Of a stretch of 33,058 nucleotides of DNA, positions 1 through 8,581 are shown in pieces. Below the pieces are notes generated by a model. That model was not told where the DNA came from and made no database searches. It saw nothing but the letters and a program-made list of their open reading frames with translations. Both the position numbers and the translations under genes were made by a program. This DNA is from Pontixanthobacter sp. (GTDB lineage: Bacteria > Pseudomonadota > Alphaproteobacteria > Sphingomonadales > Sphingomonadaceae), in NCBI GenBank assembly GCA_049289475.1, contig JBATLU010000185.1, positions 1-33,058 on the forward strand, given 5' to 3'. The stretch's first letter is position 1, and every line of letters starts with the position of its first letter.

Positions 1-863
1 AGCCAATACCATGTGTGCGAAGGCATATGAACCAGATGGCTGGCCTGGGGGGCAAGGTCAGCCAATGTGTCCGCATAGGGTTCCGCCTTGGCCGATTGCC
101 CGGCGATCTCGCTCGCATGGATATAGAAATGGATCGCAGGCGTATTTTCGGGCGCCCGTGCCAGAACCGGTTCGAGCAGCGCCATTGCACGCTCTGCGCC
201 GGGTTTCCATTCGTTATCTTTTGATGCCGAGATTAATGACGCATCGGCTGCGAGCACCTGAATCGCATCATTTTCCGGATACCGCCCGGCAAGAATGTTC
301 ATGGCTTTGAAGAATGCCTTGTCGCGTTTGGCGGTATTGCCGCTGCGGTAACGTTCAATCAGTGCTTTGGTCAGATCGCGCTCCTGCGTTGTGCCGCCTG
401 CACGAGCGAGAGCATGCGCCTTGCGCGCCAAGGGCAGCAGCGGCTTGCGTTCGGCTGCATCCTTGCCATAATTCAGCGTCGGGCCGGACATAAACGCCTC
501 CCCCCACAGGCACATGGCGCAAGTTGGGTCGAGGCGAACAGCCTCCTTCATCGCGTCAATTGCCGGCTGATGGGCAAAAGCCGCGCCCAGTTCCATGCCA
601 TTGGAAAAAAAGGCCTGCGCTTCGGGCACGCTGGTGGTGATGACAAAGCCGCCATTGCCATATCCGGCGAGCAATCGGGTCGCTTCCCGCTCGGCCATTG
701 CCGACATGTCATGTTCGCCGTCGACATGGACAATCTCGGTCGCGGCAGCCGGCGGGCCCGGCACTGTGTTATCTGGCGCATCTTGCGCCAAAACCGGCGA
801 TGCAAGGGCAAGCGCTACAATGCTTGCAGATAGTCGTGCAGCCTTGGAAAATTTCAGTATCAT
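1..863 (-). CDS. Secreted TPR-like/helical repeat protein, 3' end outside the window
   Basis: Absent from the ORF track because it has no stop in the window. Manual translation from ATG 863 gives MILKFSKAARLSASIVALALASPVLAQD (signal peptide, VLA-Q), then EAQAFFSNG...DPTCAMCLWGEA...AIHFYIHASE...ASHLVHMPSHTWY. Confidence 0.8.
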   Translation of the reverse strand, partial: MILKFSKAARLSASIVALALASPVLAQDAPDNTVPGPPAAATEIVHVDGEHDMSAMAEREATRLLAGYGNGGFVITTSVPEAQAFFSNGMELGAAFAHQPAIDAMKEAVRLDPTCAMCLWGEAFMSGPTLNYGKDAAERKPLLPLARKAHALARAGGTTQERDLTKALIERYRSGNTAKRDKAFFKAMNILAGRYPENDAIQVLAADASLISASKDNEWKPGAERAMALLEPVLARAPENTPAIHFYIHASEIAGQSAKAEPYADTLADLAPQASHLVHMPSHTWYW

Positions 864-927
864 TGCTTGCCCCCCGGTTCGCTAAGGGGCTTCCCACGCA
901 GTTCTTCGCGAAGCAAGCAGAATGGTA

Positions 928-2151
928 TCAGATGATACCGATTGCTTTCCCGGCCCGCTCGAACATCCCCAATATTGTCGTCACTTCCTCATCGCTATGC
1001 TCAGCGCAAAGCGAGCAGCGCAGCAGCGTCATATTGGCCGGTGTAGCTGGTGGCCGCGCGAGATTGACGTAGAGGCCTTCTTTCAAGAGCGCTTCCCACA
1101 TCATCGCGCCTTTTTGCAGATCGGGCATAATTACCGCGACAATCGCGCTCTGGCATTCCTTGGTGCCGAGCGTGAAACCCATTTCGGTCAGCCCCTTGTG
1201 CAACCGTTTGGAATTCTCCCACAGATGCGCGCGCTTGTTATGGCCGTGCATCAACTTGCGAATGCTGGTTTCCGCCGTCGCCACCACGCTGGGCGGTAGC
1301 GAGGCGGTGAAGACATAGGGGCGGCACACCAGCCGCAAGATTTCAAACTTCGGATGGTTGGAAACGCAGAAACCGCCGACTGTGCCCACGCTTTTGGAAA
1401 ATGTGCCGATGATGAAATCGCAATCATCGATCACGCCCGCCGCTTCGCAAACACCGCGGCCATGTTCGCCGATGAAGCCCATCGAATGCGCCTCATCGAC
1501 CAGCACCATTGCGCCGTATTTCTTGGCGATAGCGACCATTTCCTTGAGCGGTGCAACATCGCCGAGCATCGAATAGACACCTTCGAGGATCACCAGCTTA
1601 CCCGCACCTTCGGGCACGCGGCGCAGGCGTTTTTCCATCGCTTCGATATCGTTGTGTTTGAACGGCACGACTTCGGCATTGCCCATTGCGCAGCCATCCC
1701 AGATGCTGGCGTGGCTATCAATGTCGAGGATGATGTAATCACCCTTTCCGGCGATAGTAGAAATGATACCGAGGTTGGCGAGATAGCCGGTTGAGAACAC
1801 CATGGCATGATCCATGGCGTAAAATTCCTTCAGCGCTTCCTCGCATTCCTTATGGCCTTGGTATGTGCCATTAAGAACGCGGCTGCCGGTGGTGCCGGTG
1901 CCGAAATCGGACAGCGCCTGCTTGCCCGCATCGATCACATCGGGATCGAAAGTCATGCCCATGTAATTATAGGTGCCCAGCAGAATCGTATCGCGGCCAT
2001 TGCAAACTGCGCGAGTGGGGCTGAGAACTTTTTCCATCACCAGGCTGAACGGATCTTGCACGCCGCTGGCCAGCAATCCCTCGCGCATCTGGATGATGCT
2101 GTCGAATTTGCTGAACAAATCGCCCGACGCGGTTTCGGTCTCTGCAGTCAT
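928..2151 (-). CDS. spt: Serine palmitoyltransferase (AOS family, PLP-dependent)
   Basis: Motifs GTYNYMGMTF, GSRVLNGT, DEAHSMG and the PLP lysine motif GTFSKSVG. Lies directly downstream of an ACP gene, as in Sphingomonas. Confidence 0.92.
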   Translation of the reverse strand: MTAETETASGDLFSKFDSIIQMREGLLASGVQDPFSLVMEKVLSPTRAVCNGRDTILLGTYNYMGMTFDPDVIDAGKQALSDFGTGTTGSRVLNGTYQGHKECEEALKEFYAMDHAMVFSTGYLANLGIISTIAGKGDYIILDIDSHASIWDGCAMGNAEVVPFKHNDIEAMEKRLRRVPEGAGKLVILEGVYSMLGDVAPLKEMVAIAKKYGAMVLVDEAHSMGFIGEHGRGVCEAAGVIDDCDFIIGTFSKSVGTVGGFCVSNHPKFEILRLVCRPYVFTASLPPSVVATAETSIRKLMHGHNKRAHLWENSKRLHKGLTEMGFTLGTKECQSAIVAVIMPDLQKGAMMWEALLKEGLYVNLARPPATPANMTLLRCSLCAEHSDEEVTTILGMFERAGKAIGII

Positions 2152-2153
2152 AT

Positions 2154-2393
2154 TTAGTCCTGAAGCTTGGTTACGGCATCGATTAGCTGGCCGAAATTCT
2201 CGATTTCCGCCTGCTGATTCATGCTGATGATGATGTCGAATTCATCTTCGATCTCGGCAACGAAATCCATCACCGTCAGACTGTCGAATTCCAGATCATT
2301 GGCGAAAGTCGATCCATCTTGAAGCGCGATACCCTTCTTGTTGAACGGCGCGATCAGCTCGCGAATTTTGCTGTCGACTTCGGCACGGTCCAT
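2154..2393 (-). CDS. Acyl carrier protein (sphingolipid-associated)
   Basis: 79 aa acidic protein with a DLEFDSLTVMD phosphopantetheine Ser motif, 2 nt upstream of spt. Start taken at ATG 2393 (MDRAEV). Confidence 0.9.
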   Translation of the reverse strand: MDRAEVDSKIRELIAPFNKKGIALQDGSTFANDLEFDSLTVMDFVAEIEDEFDIIISMNQQAEIENFGQLIDAVTKLQD

Positions 2394-2552
2394 GACGTTA
2401 TTTCCAATCCTATTGCAGGCTTCTTGCACCCGATTGGGTGGTTGCGATATTACCAGCGCCGAAAAGCGGCTGAAACCCCTGCTTGTCAAGCACTAGAGGC
2501 ACTGGCAAGTCTGCATACGCACTGAATAGATATGCATCGGGCTGGAGGATAC

Positions 2553-3122
2553 ATGCCAAAAAGCACTGAAAAACCACTTGCAAGCAGCGAGGCTACGTCG
2601 ATTGTGACCTCTCCGGGATCGCCGACATATTCGGCCCATGCGATCCACATGGCGCGCACAGCGCAGGTCAACACGTTGGCTTTGTCGCAAATGGCCGATC
2701 AAAAGGCCTCGATCCTGATGGGCGCGACCTTTCTGGTATTTTCGCTGTCGATCAGCCGCACTTTGGCCGGCCATGTCCCCGTTTCGCTGATGTTTCTAGC
2801 GGCGTTTTCCTTTGTCAGCTCTTTATGTGCGGTGATGGCGGTGCTTCCGTCTGTTCGCAAAGCGCCAGCAAACGGACCGCCGGCAAACAAACTGTTCTTC
2901 GGACATTTTGCCGAACTGGATGAAGAGGAATGGGTCCAGTCGGTGCTGGAAGATATGCGAACCGATGAAAAAGTGTTTCGCGCGATGATGCGCGATATCT
3001 ACCAGAATGGTCAGGTGCTGGCCCGGCGCAAATACCGGTACCTTAGTCTGGCCTACCGGATATTCATCGGCGGGCTGTTCGTAACCCTGTTCACCTTTGT
3101 GGTTGAATCGTATCTGTTCTGA
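2553..3122 (+). CDS. Pycsar effector-like (DUF5706) membrane protein
   Basis: ADQKASILMG motif, two TM helices, LFFGHF, then IYQNGQVLARRKYRYL and a C-terminal TM helix. GGAGGA RBS before ATG 2553. Confidence 0.75.
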   Translation: MPKSTEKPLASSEATSIVTSPGSPTYSAHAIHMARTAQVNTLALSQMADQKASILMGATFLVFSLSISRTLAGHVPVSLMFLAAFSFVSSLCAVMAVLPSVRKAPANGPPANKLFFGHFAELDEEEWVQSVLEDMRTDEKVFRAMMRDIYQNGQVLARRKYRYLSLAYRIFIGGLFVTLFTFVVESYLF

Positions 3123-3138
3123 CGAAGATTAAAGCTCG

Positions 3139-3507
3139 CTATTTTTCCAGTTGGGCCTTTACTGCAGCCATGAACGGATTGATCGATACGGGTTTCGACA
3201 AATAGGCTTCGGCGCCTGCGTCGAGTATCCGCTCCTCGTCACCCTTGCCGGCATAGGCAGTGACGGCGAGAATCGGCGCATCCTTGAGCGATAGATCCTT
3301 TTTGAAGGCGGCAATCAAATCAATACCCGAAATGTTGGGTAACTGGATGTCCATTATCACCAGATCGGGCGCAAAGGCGCGCGCGGCATTGAGCGCCAGT
3401 TCACCGTCATTCACTGGTTCCACTTCGAAACCATTGGCTTTCAACACGTCGCAGAACAGTTTGCGGTTTAGATCGTTATCCTCGACAACGAGGATTCTCT
3501 TTGCCAT
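3139..3507 (-). CDS. divK: Single-domain response regulator DivK
   Basis: ILVVEDNDLNRKLF, MDIQLP, AVTAYAGKGDEERI and YLSKPVS closely follow the DivK pattern. Confidence 0.8.
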   Translation of the reverse strand: MAKRILVVEDNDLNRKLFCDVLKANGFEVEPVNDGELALNAARAFAPDLVIMDIQLPNISGIDLIAAFKKDLSLKDAPILAVTAYAGKGDEERILDAGAEAYLSKPVSINPFMAAVKAQLEK

Positions 3508-3592
3508 TGCGTCTCTCACTCGGACAATTGCGCAAGGTGGAACATCCCTGCTCCCGAGCCTCTAGGACCCTTGCAGGACTCTGACAATTCTC

Positions 3593-3871
3593 GTGCCATC
3601 CAAATCCACCACCACCGCTTCGTCAACACCGGAAAATCTGGCTTTGGCAGCGCTCGGCTGGATCGTGTCTGACCAGCACAGGGCGGAACGCTTGCTTGAT
3701 CTCACCGGGTTAACCCCCAACTTGCTCAGGGAACGTTTGGGTGATCGGGGAGTTCTGGCCGCGGTGCTGGAGTTTTTGATCAATCACGAGCCCGATCTGG
3801 TTCAAGCAGCTGAAACGCTGCAATTTACGCCTCAGCAGATTGTTGCTGCCCATGAAAGCCTGACACGATGA
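3593..3871 (+). CDS. DUF3572 family protein
   Basis: ALAALGWI...RLLDLTGLTP..LR...LAAVLEFLINHE. Divergent from divK. Start uncertain. Confidence 0.7.
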   Translation: MPSKSTTTASSTPENLALAALGWIVSDQHRAERLLDLTGLTPNLLRERLGDRGVLAAVLEFLINHEPDLVQAAETLQFTPQQIVAAHESLTR

Positions 3872-3880
3872 AGCTCACCC

Positions 3881-4510
3881 ATGTCTAAGCCGCTGCTGAT
3901 TTCCGATTGCGATGAAGTGCTGCTTCATATGGTCGCGCCCTTCCGCGACTGGCTTGCCGAAGAGGAAGGCGTTGTTTTCAAGATGGAGGGCAATAATTTT
4001 GCCAATGCCATGCGGTGGCAGGAATCGGGAGAACCGGTGGGAGAGCGTGACATTTGGCGTTTGCTCGGCGGATTTTTCGATACCGAGATGCACCGGCAAA
4101 ACCCGATCGATGGCGCGATTGCGGGAATCAACCGGATCGCCGAAAATGCCGATGTGGTTATCCTGACCAATCTCAACGACGAGCGGCAGGTCAAACGGAC
4201 AGAGCAGCTTGCGGCGCATGGTGTGCACGCCCGCGTTTTCACAAATCAGGGCCCCAAGGGACCGGCGCTCGCGCGGATTGTCGAAGAATATCAGCCACTA
4301 AGGACTATCTTCATCGATGATCTACCGCAGCACCACGAATCGGTGTCGCAGGATGTGCCGCATGTCCGGCGCTTGCATCTATGCGGAGAACCGATGCTGG
4401 CACCGCATATCGATTGTGCTTATGAAGCGGGTCACGCGCATGCCCGGATAGACCGGTGGGACGAGGCTTTGCCGTGGTTGCTGCGCGAACTGCACGGGGA
4501 AGAAGCATGA
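3881..4510 (+). CDS. HAD-superfamily hydrolase
   Basis: N-terminal DCDEVL (DxD), ILTN, and FIDD motifs. Confidence 0.8.
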   Translation: MSKPLLISDCDEVLLHMVAPFRDWLAEEEGVVFKMEGNNFANAMRWQESGEPVGERDIWRLLGGFFDTEMHRQNPIDGAIAGINRIAENADVVILTNLNDERQVKRTEQLAAHGVHARVFTNQGPKGPALARIVEEYQPLRTIFIDDLPQHHESVSQDVPHVRRLHLCGEPMLAPHIDCAYEAGHAHARIDRWDEALPWLLRELHGEEA

Positions 4511-4968
4511 CTATCGACAAGCGTTTGAATGAACTTGGCATTGTTTTGCCCAAAGCTGCAGCTCCAGTGGCCAGTTACGTCCCGGTAGTTGAGCATGGCG
4601 GCTTTGCTTATGTCTCCGGACAATTGCCATTTTTGGAAGGCACGCTCGTTACCGGCCGATTGGGCGAAGATGTTTCGATTGAACGGGGCACCGCCGCAGC
4701 GCGCGCTTGCGGACTGATGATCCTGTCTCAATTGGTCAATGCGGGTATCAGCCTCGACCGGGTGGAACGGATTGTTAAATTGGGGGCATTTATCAGTTCG
4801 ACAGGTGATTTTGTCGATCAGCCTAAAGTTGCCAATGGCGCGTCCGAATTGATGTTCGAAGTGTTTGGAGAAGCTGGCAAACACGCCCGCAGCGCCGTTG
4901 GCGTGCCGGTGCTCCCGCTGGGCGCAGCGGTCGAAGTGGATGCGGTCATTGCTGTTTCCGCTGCTTGA
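4507..4968 (+). CDS. RidA/YjgF family protein
   Basis: [40 protein letters not shown] overlap with the HAD gene. Confidence 0.88.
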   Translation: MTIDKRLNELGIVLPKAAAPVASYVPVVEHGGFAYVSGQLPFLEGTLVTGRLGEDVSIERGTAAARACGLMILSQLVNAGISLDRVERIVKLGAFISSTGDFVDQPKVANGASELMFEVFGEAGKHARSAVGVPVLPLGAAVEVDAVIAVSAA

Positions 4969-5713
4969 TAATTGGCGCGCCCCAGCGCCAAAACCGGACA
5001 AGATCAGTTGGCTGAGTGAGTGGGATTATGCCCACCGCGGCTTGCATAGCGACGGCGTGCCGGAGAATTCTCCGTCTGCCTTTGCCGATGCGATTGCGCG
5101 CGGGCTTGGGATTGAATGCGACGTTCAGCGCACGCGCGACGGGCGCGCGGCGGTGTTCCACGATTGGGAGCTTGACCGTCTGACCGACGAGACCGGGCCG
5201 GTTGACCGGCGCGATGCCTCGGCGCTTGAGAAAATTATGCTGTCGGGCACGAGCGACACGATCCCGCAGCTGAGCCGGATGCTCGATCAGGTAGGCGGAC
5301 AGGTGCCGATATTGATCGAGCTCAAATCCGCATTCGACCGCCGGACAAATTCGCTGTGTCTGGCAGTGAACCGTGCGCTTGAGGGATACCGCGGCAAATA
5401 TGCGGTGATGAGTTTTGATCCCAGAGTGGCGCGCTGGTTCCAGATGCATTCGCCGCGTACCGTTCGCGGCCTCGTGGTCAAGGAAGAGGATAAGAAGAAT
5501 TTGCGCGGAGCGTGGGAGCGGCGGCTGGCGCTATGGCACGCGCGGCCCGATTTTCTGGCCTATGATGTGCGCGATTTCCCAAGTAAATTTGCCGCATCGC
5601 AGCGCGCGCGAGGGCTGCCGGTTTTGACATGGACCGTCCGCACAGAAGAAAACCGCACGATCGCGCTGGAAAACGCTGATGCCCTAATCGCGGAACTCGA
5701 AGGCGCGGTGTGA
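4940..5713 (+). CDS. Glycerophosphodiester phosphodiesterase family protein
   Basis: AHRGLH, PENS, IECDVQ, VFHD, IELK and WTV motifs. Start assumed at ATG 4940. Confidence 0.88.
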   Translation: MRSLLFPLLDNWRAPAPKPDKISWLSEWDYAHRGLHSDGVPENSPSAFADAIARGLGIECDVQRTRDGRAAVFHDWELDRLTDETGPVDRRDASALEKIMLSGTSDTIPQLSRMLDQVGGQVPILIELKSAFDRRTNSLCLAVNRALEGYRGKYAVMSFDPRVARWFQMHSPRTVRGLVVKEEDKKNLRGAWERRLALWHARPDFLAYDVRDFPSKFAASQRARGLPVLTWTVRTEENRTIALENADALIAELEGAV

Positions 5714-6861
5714 GCGAGGCGCCAATTATTGCCAAAGTGGCGGGCTCGGTCGGAGCCTTGCCGCGCGCGCAATGGGACGCCTTGGCTGGCGACGATAATC
5801 CGTTTATTTCCTATGATTTCCTGACCGCGCTCGAAGATTCAGATAGCATCGGGCCGGGCACCGGCTGGCAATCCGCGCCGATCATTATTGAGGGGGAGGA
5901 CGGTCAATTGCTGGCAGCTTTACCCGCATATCTGAAGGGCCATAGCCAGGGCGAATATGTGTTCGACCATGCGTGGGCGGATGCTTACCAGCGGGCCGGC
6001 GGCGAATACTATCCCAAGCTCCAGATTGCTGCGCCGTTTACGCCAGCAACAGGCCCGCGGCTGTTACTGTCAGACAGCAAATATGCCGTTCCCCTTCTGG
6101 CCGCAGCAGAGCAATTGTGCACGGGCAATGGTTTTTCATCGGCCCATGCAACTTTCATCGAACCTAGTCAGATCGGCCTATTCGAACAGGCCGACTGGCT
6201 CACTCGCAGCGACACGCAGTTCCATTGGACCAACCGCAATTACCGCGACTTTGATGATTTCCTTGCTGCGCTATCCTCTCGCAAACGCAAGGCGATCCGC
6301 AAGGAGCGCGCTGCAGCGCAGGAAGGTGTCGAAATTGTCCACCTGAGCGGCGCGGAGATCCAGCCTGCCCATTGGGATGCCTTCTGGACATTCTATCAGG
6401 ATACCGGTGCCCGCAAATGGGGGAGCCCTTATCTGACGCGCGAAGCTTTTACTCTGCTTGGCGAGCGGATGGGTGACCGGGTATTGTTGATGTTGGCAAT
6501 GGAAGAGGGTGAGCCGATTGCCGGCGCGCTCAACTTCGTCGGAGGTTCAGCGCTCTATGGCCGCTATTGGGGATGCCAAAGTGAGAAGAAATTCCTGCAT
6601 TTCGAACTGTGTTACTATCAGGCCATCGATGCAGCAATTGCGCGCGGGCTCTCGCGGGTCGAGGCAGGCGCGCAAGGCGGCCATAAGCTGGCACGCGGCT
6701 ATGAACCGGTCACGACCTGGTCAGCCCACTGGATCGCCGATCCCGGCTTCCGCGCAGCAGTGGCAGACTTTCTCGCACGTGAGCGAGAGGGAGTGAGTGC
6801 CGACCAAGTCTATCTTGGTGAGCGAACCCCATTCAAGAAGGGCCCGTTCAAGAAGGAGTAG
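5710..6861 (+). CDS. FemAB-like GNAT N-acetyltransferase
   Basis: HSQGEYVFDHAWADA, PFTPATGPR, LYGRYWG, LHFELCYYQ, EAGAQGGHKLARG. GTGA overlap with the GDPD gene. Confidence 0.88.
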   Translation: MSEAPIIAKVAGSVGALPRAQWDALAGDDNPFISYDFLTALEDSDSIGPGTGWQSAPIIIEGEDGQLLAALPAYLKGHSQGEYVFDHAWADAYQRAGGEYYPKLQIAAPFTPATGPRLLLSDSKYAVPLLAAAEQLCTGNGFSSAHATFIEPSQIGLFEQADWLTRSDTQFHWTNRNYRDFDDFLAALSSRKRKAIRKERAAAQEGVEIVHLSGAEIQPAHWDAFWTFYQDTGARKWGSPYLTREAFTLLGERMGDRVLLMLAMEEGEPIAGALNFVGGSALYGRYWGCQSEKKFLHFELCYYQAIDAAIARGLSRVEAGAQGGHKLARGYEPVTTWSAHWIADPGFRAAVADFLAREREGVSADQVYLGERTPFKKGPFKKE

Positions 6862-6872
6862 TCTGTCAAAAA

Positions 6873-7202
6873 TTAGGCAGCTTTGCGGTCTTCGGAGCGG
6901 AGCCATTCGCGCGCACGGCGCTGCGCCTCTGCGATTTCGCGGGCAGTCATTTCGTCGGAAATATCAGCGCGGCACCATGCAGCTTCTTCATTGCCTTTGG
7001 TGGCAGCAAGGTTGAACCATTTGTGTGCCTCGATCAGGTCGCACGGCGCGCCGTGGCTGCCGGTCGAAAAGGCAACGCCCAGATCATAAAGTGCAGAATC
7101 GTCACCCTGAGCCGCCGCCGCAAGGCATTGTGCGACCAGCAGGTTTACGGCGCTGGTATCGGTAGGTTGGGCGTTTCCGCCATCGATTGAAGTCAGTTCC
7201 AT
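6873..7202 (-). CDS. Small Sel1-like repeat protein
   Basis: ALYDLGVAFSTG...DLIEAHKWFNLAA...MTAREIAEAQRRAREW. Confidence 0.8.
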   Translation of the reverse strand: MELTSIDGGNAQPTDTSAVNLLVAQCLAAAAQGDDSALYDLGVAFSTGSHGAPCDLIEAHKWFNLAATKGNEEAAWCRADISDEMTAREIAEAQRRAREWLRSEDRKAA

Positions 7203-7269
7203 TATTTGGTCCCCCATGTGTTCGGCGGATCGCATTCCCGCCTTCGAACACTGGTTCACCCGAACATGG

Positions 7270-7285
7270 TCAACAAATGGTTAAC
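7270..7285. promoter_or_regulatory. Near-consensus CtrA box
   Basis: TCAA-CAAATGG-TTAAC (one mismatch to TTAA-N7-TTAAC), about 70 bp upstream of the Sel1-like gene. Confidence 0.55.
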
Positions 7286-7519
7286 GCGGCCCCTACTTAT
7301 TTTCTGCTTGGTCTGTGATGGAGGGCCTGGATCGCTCGCTTTGACGGCGTGTTTTCTGCCAATGCGGGCCAATCGGTGGAACGATTGCGGATTGCCGCTT
7401 GTGCCGATTCCAGCTGCCGCCTATAGCGCCGCCAATCTGCTTAACGGCGCTCCTGGTCGGTGCGCTCGAAAGCACTGGCCAATTTGGCTTGCGGGATAAT
7501 TTTTGGAGCTGAGGACAAT

Positions 7520-7978
7520 ATGACCACTGCGTCGTCCGATGACATCAAGATCCTTGAAAGGGTGAAGAATTCACTCGGCGCAGACTATGTTCCGAGCGAT
7601 GACGAATCCTATATGTGCGAGAAGCAGCAGGATTATTTCCGCATGCTCTTGATCGAATGGAAGCGGTCGATTCATTCGGCATCTTCTGCAACGCTACAAT
7701 CGCTTCAGGACGGGCCAATTCGCGAAGCCGATCTGAATGACCGGGCATCAAGCGAAACCGACTGGAGCATTGAATTGCGCACGCGCGACCGCCAGCGCAA
7801 ATTGATCTCTAAAATTGATTCAGCACTGCGCCGGATTGACGGCGGCGAATATGGTTTTTGCGAAGTCACCGGCGATCCGATTGGATTGAAGCGATTGATC
7901 GCAAGGCCGGTCGCGACAATGACCGTTGAAGCGCAAGAAGCGCATGAACGCAGAGAAAAAATTTCTCGCGACGATTAG
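7520..7978 (+). CDS. dksA: RNA polymerase-binding transcription factor DksA
   Basis: Coiled-coil tip DLNDRA (DxxDxA), RTRDRQRKLISKID, YGFCEVTGDPIGLKRLIARP. GAGGA RBS before ATG 7520. Confidence 0.93.
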   Translation: MTTASSDDIKILERVKNSLGADYVPSDDESYMCEKQQDYFRMLLIEWKRSIHSASSATLQSLQDGPIREADLNDRASSETDWSIELRTRDRQRKLISKIDSALRRIDGGEYGFCEVTGDPIGLKRLIARPVATMTVEAQEAHERREKISRDD

Positions 7979-8024
7979 GCCGCGTTGTTTTTCAAAGATT
8001 TATCGAATTGTATGGCTCGGAACA

Positions 8025-8041
8025 GTTAAACGTTCGTTAGC
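8025..8041. promoter_or_regulatory. Near-consensus CtrA box upstream of the PilZ gene
   Basis: GTTAA-ACGTTCG-TTAGC; the reverse strand reads CTAA-N7-TTAAC. Confidence 0.55.
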
Positions 8042-8137
8042 CATTGTTCGGCTATTAAAGCCTTGCAGTTGTGGCGGAGTAAATTCCGCCGGAGCTGCTT
8101 GTTCGATCAATTCTTTGAAAGAAGGCCCGACTGACCG

Positions 8138-8515
8138 ATGTCCGGAGTAGATACCCGAAACATTTCTCGCGATAGTCTTTTCCTGATGGCCGATGTGCGG
8201 TTTGACGGCGAAGGGTTTGATCACCGCGTTAAAGTGCGCAATCTTTCCTCTGGCGGGATGATGGCAGAAGGCGAAGCGGCTGCGGTTCGCGGTAAGAATC
8301 TTTCGGTCAATCTACGCAATATCGGCGCTGTTCCCGGCATTGTTGCCTGGGTACAAGAAGGGCGCTTCGGGATTGCCTTTGCGAAAGAAATCGACCCGAA
8401 ACTGGCCAGAGCACCGGTTGGCAATGGCGATTTAAGCGCCCCGCGTTTCACACGCCCGTCGTCGATTGATCAGTCTCGCGCCTCCGCTGCTTCATCGAAT
8501 TTCCGCACAATCTAA
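8138..8515 (+). CDS. PilZ domain protein
   Basis: RxxxR (RNISR) and NxSxxG (NLSSGG) c-di-GMP-binding motifs, then VAW...FGIAF. Confidence 0.85.
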   Translation: MSGVDTRNISRDSLFLMADVRFDGEGFDHRVKVRNLSSGGMMAEGEAAAVRGKNLSVNLRNIGAVPGIVAWVQEGRFGIAFAKEIDPKLARAPVGNGDLSAPRFTRPSSIDQSRASAASSNFRTI

Positions 8516-8581
8516 CCGCCATTCGCCTAGCGGATGTTTTCGTCGCTGACGAAGCAGGAACAAGCTGCTATTCGTGCACCG

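Noticed and set aside
11..885. Several short ORFs in the track at the left edge
   Set aside because: They overlap the real minus-strand gene starting at 863, which runs off the window.
7520..7978. DksA has one Cys instead of a four-Cys zinc finger
   Set aside because: Zinc-independent DksA variants are already known in Alphaproteobacteria.
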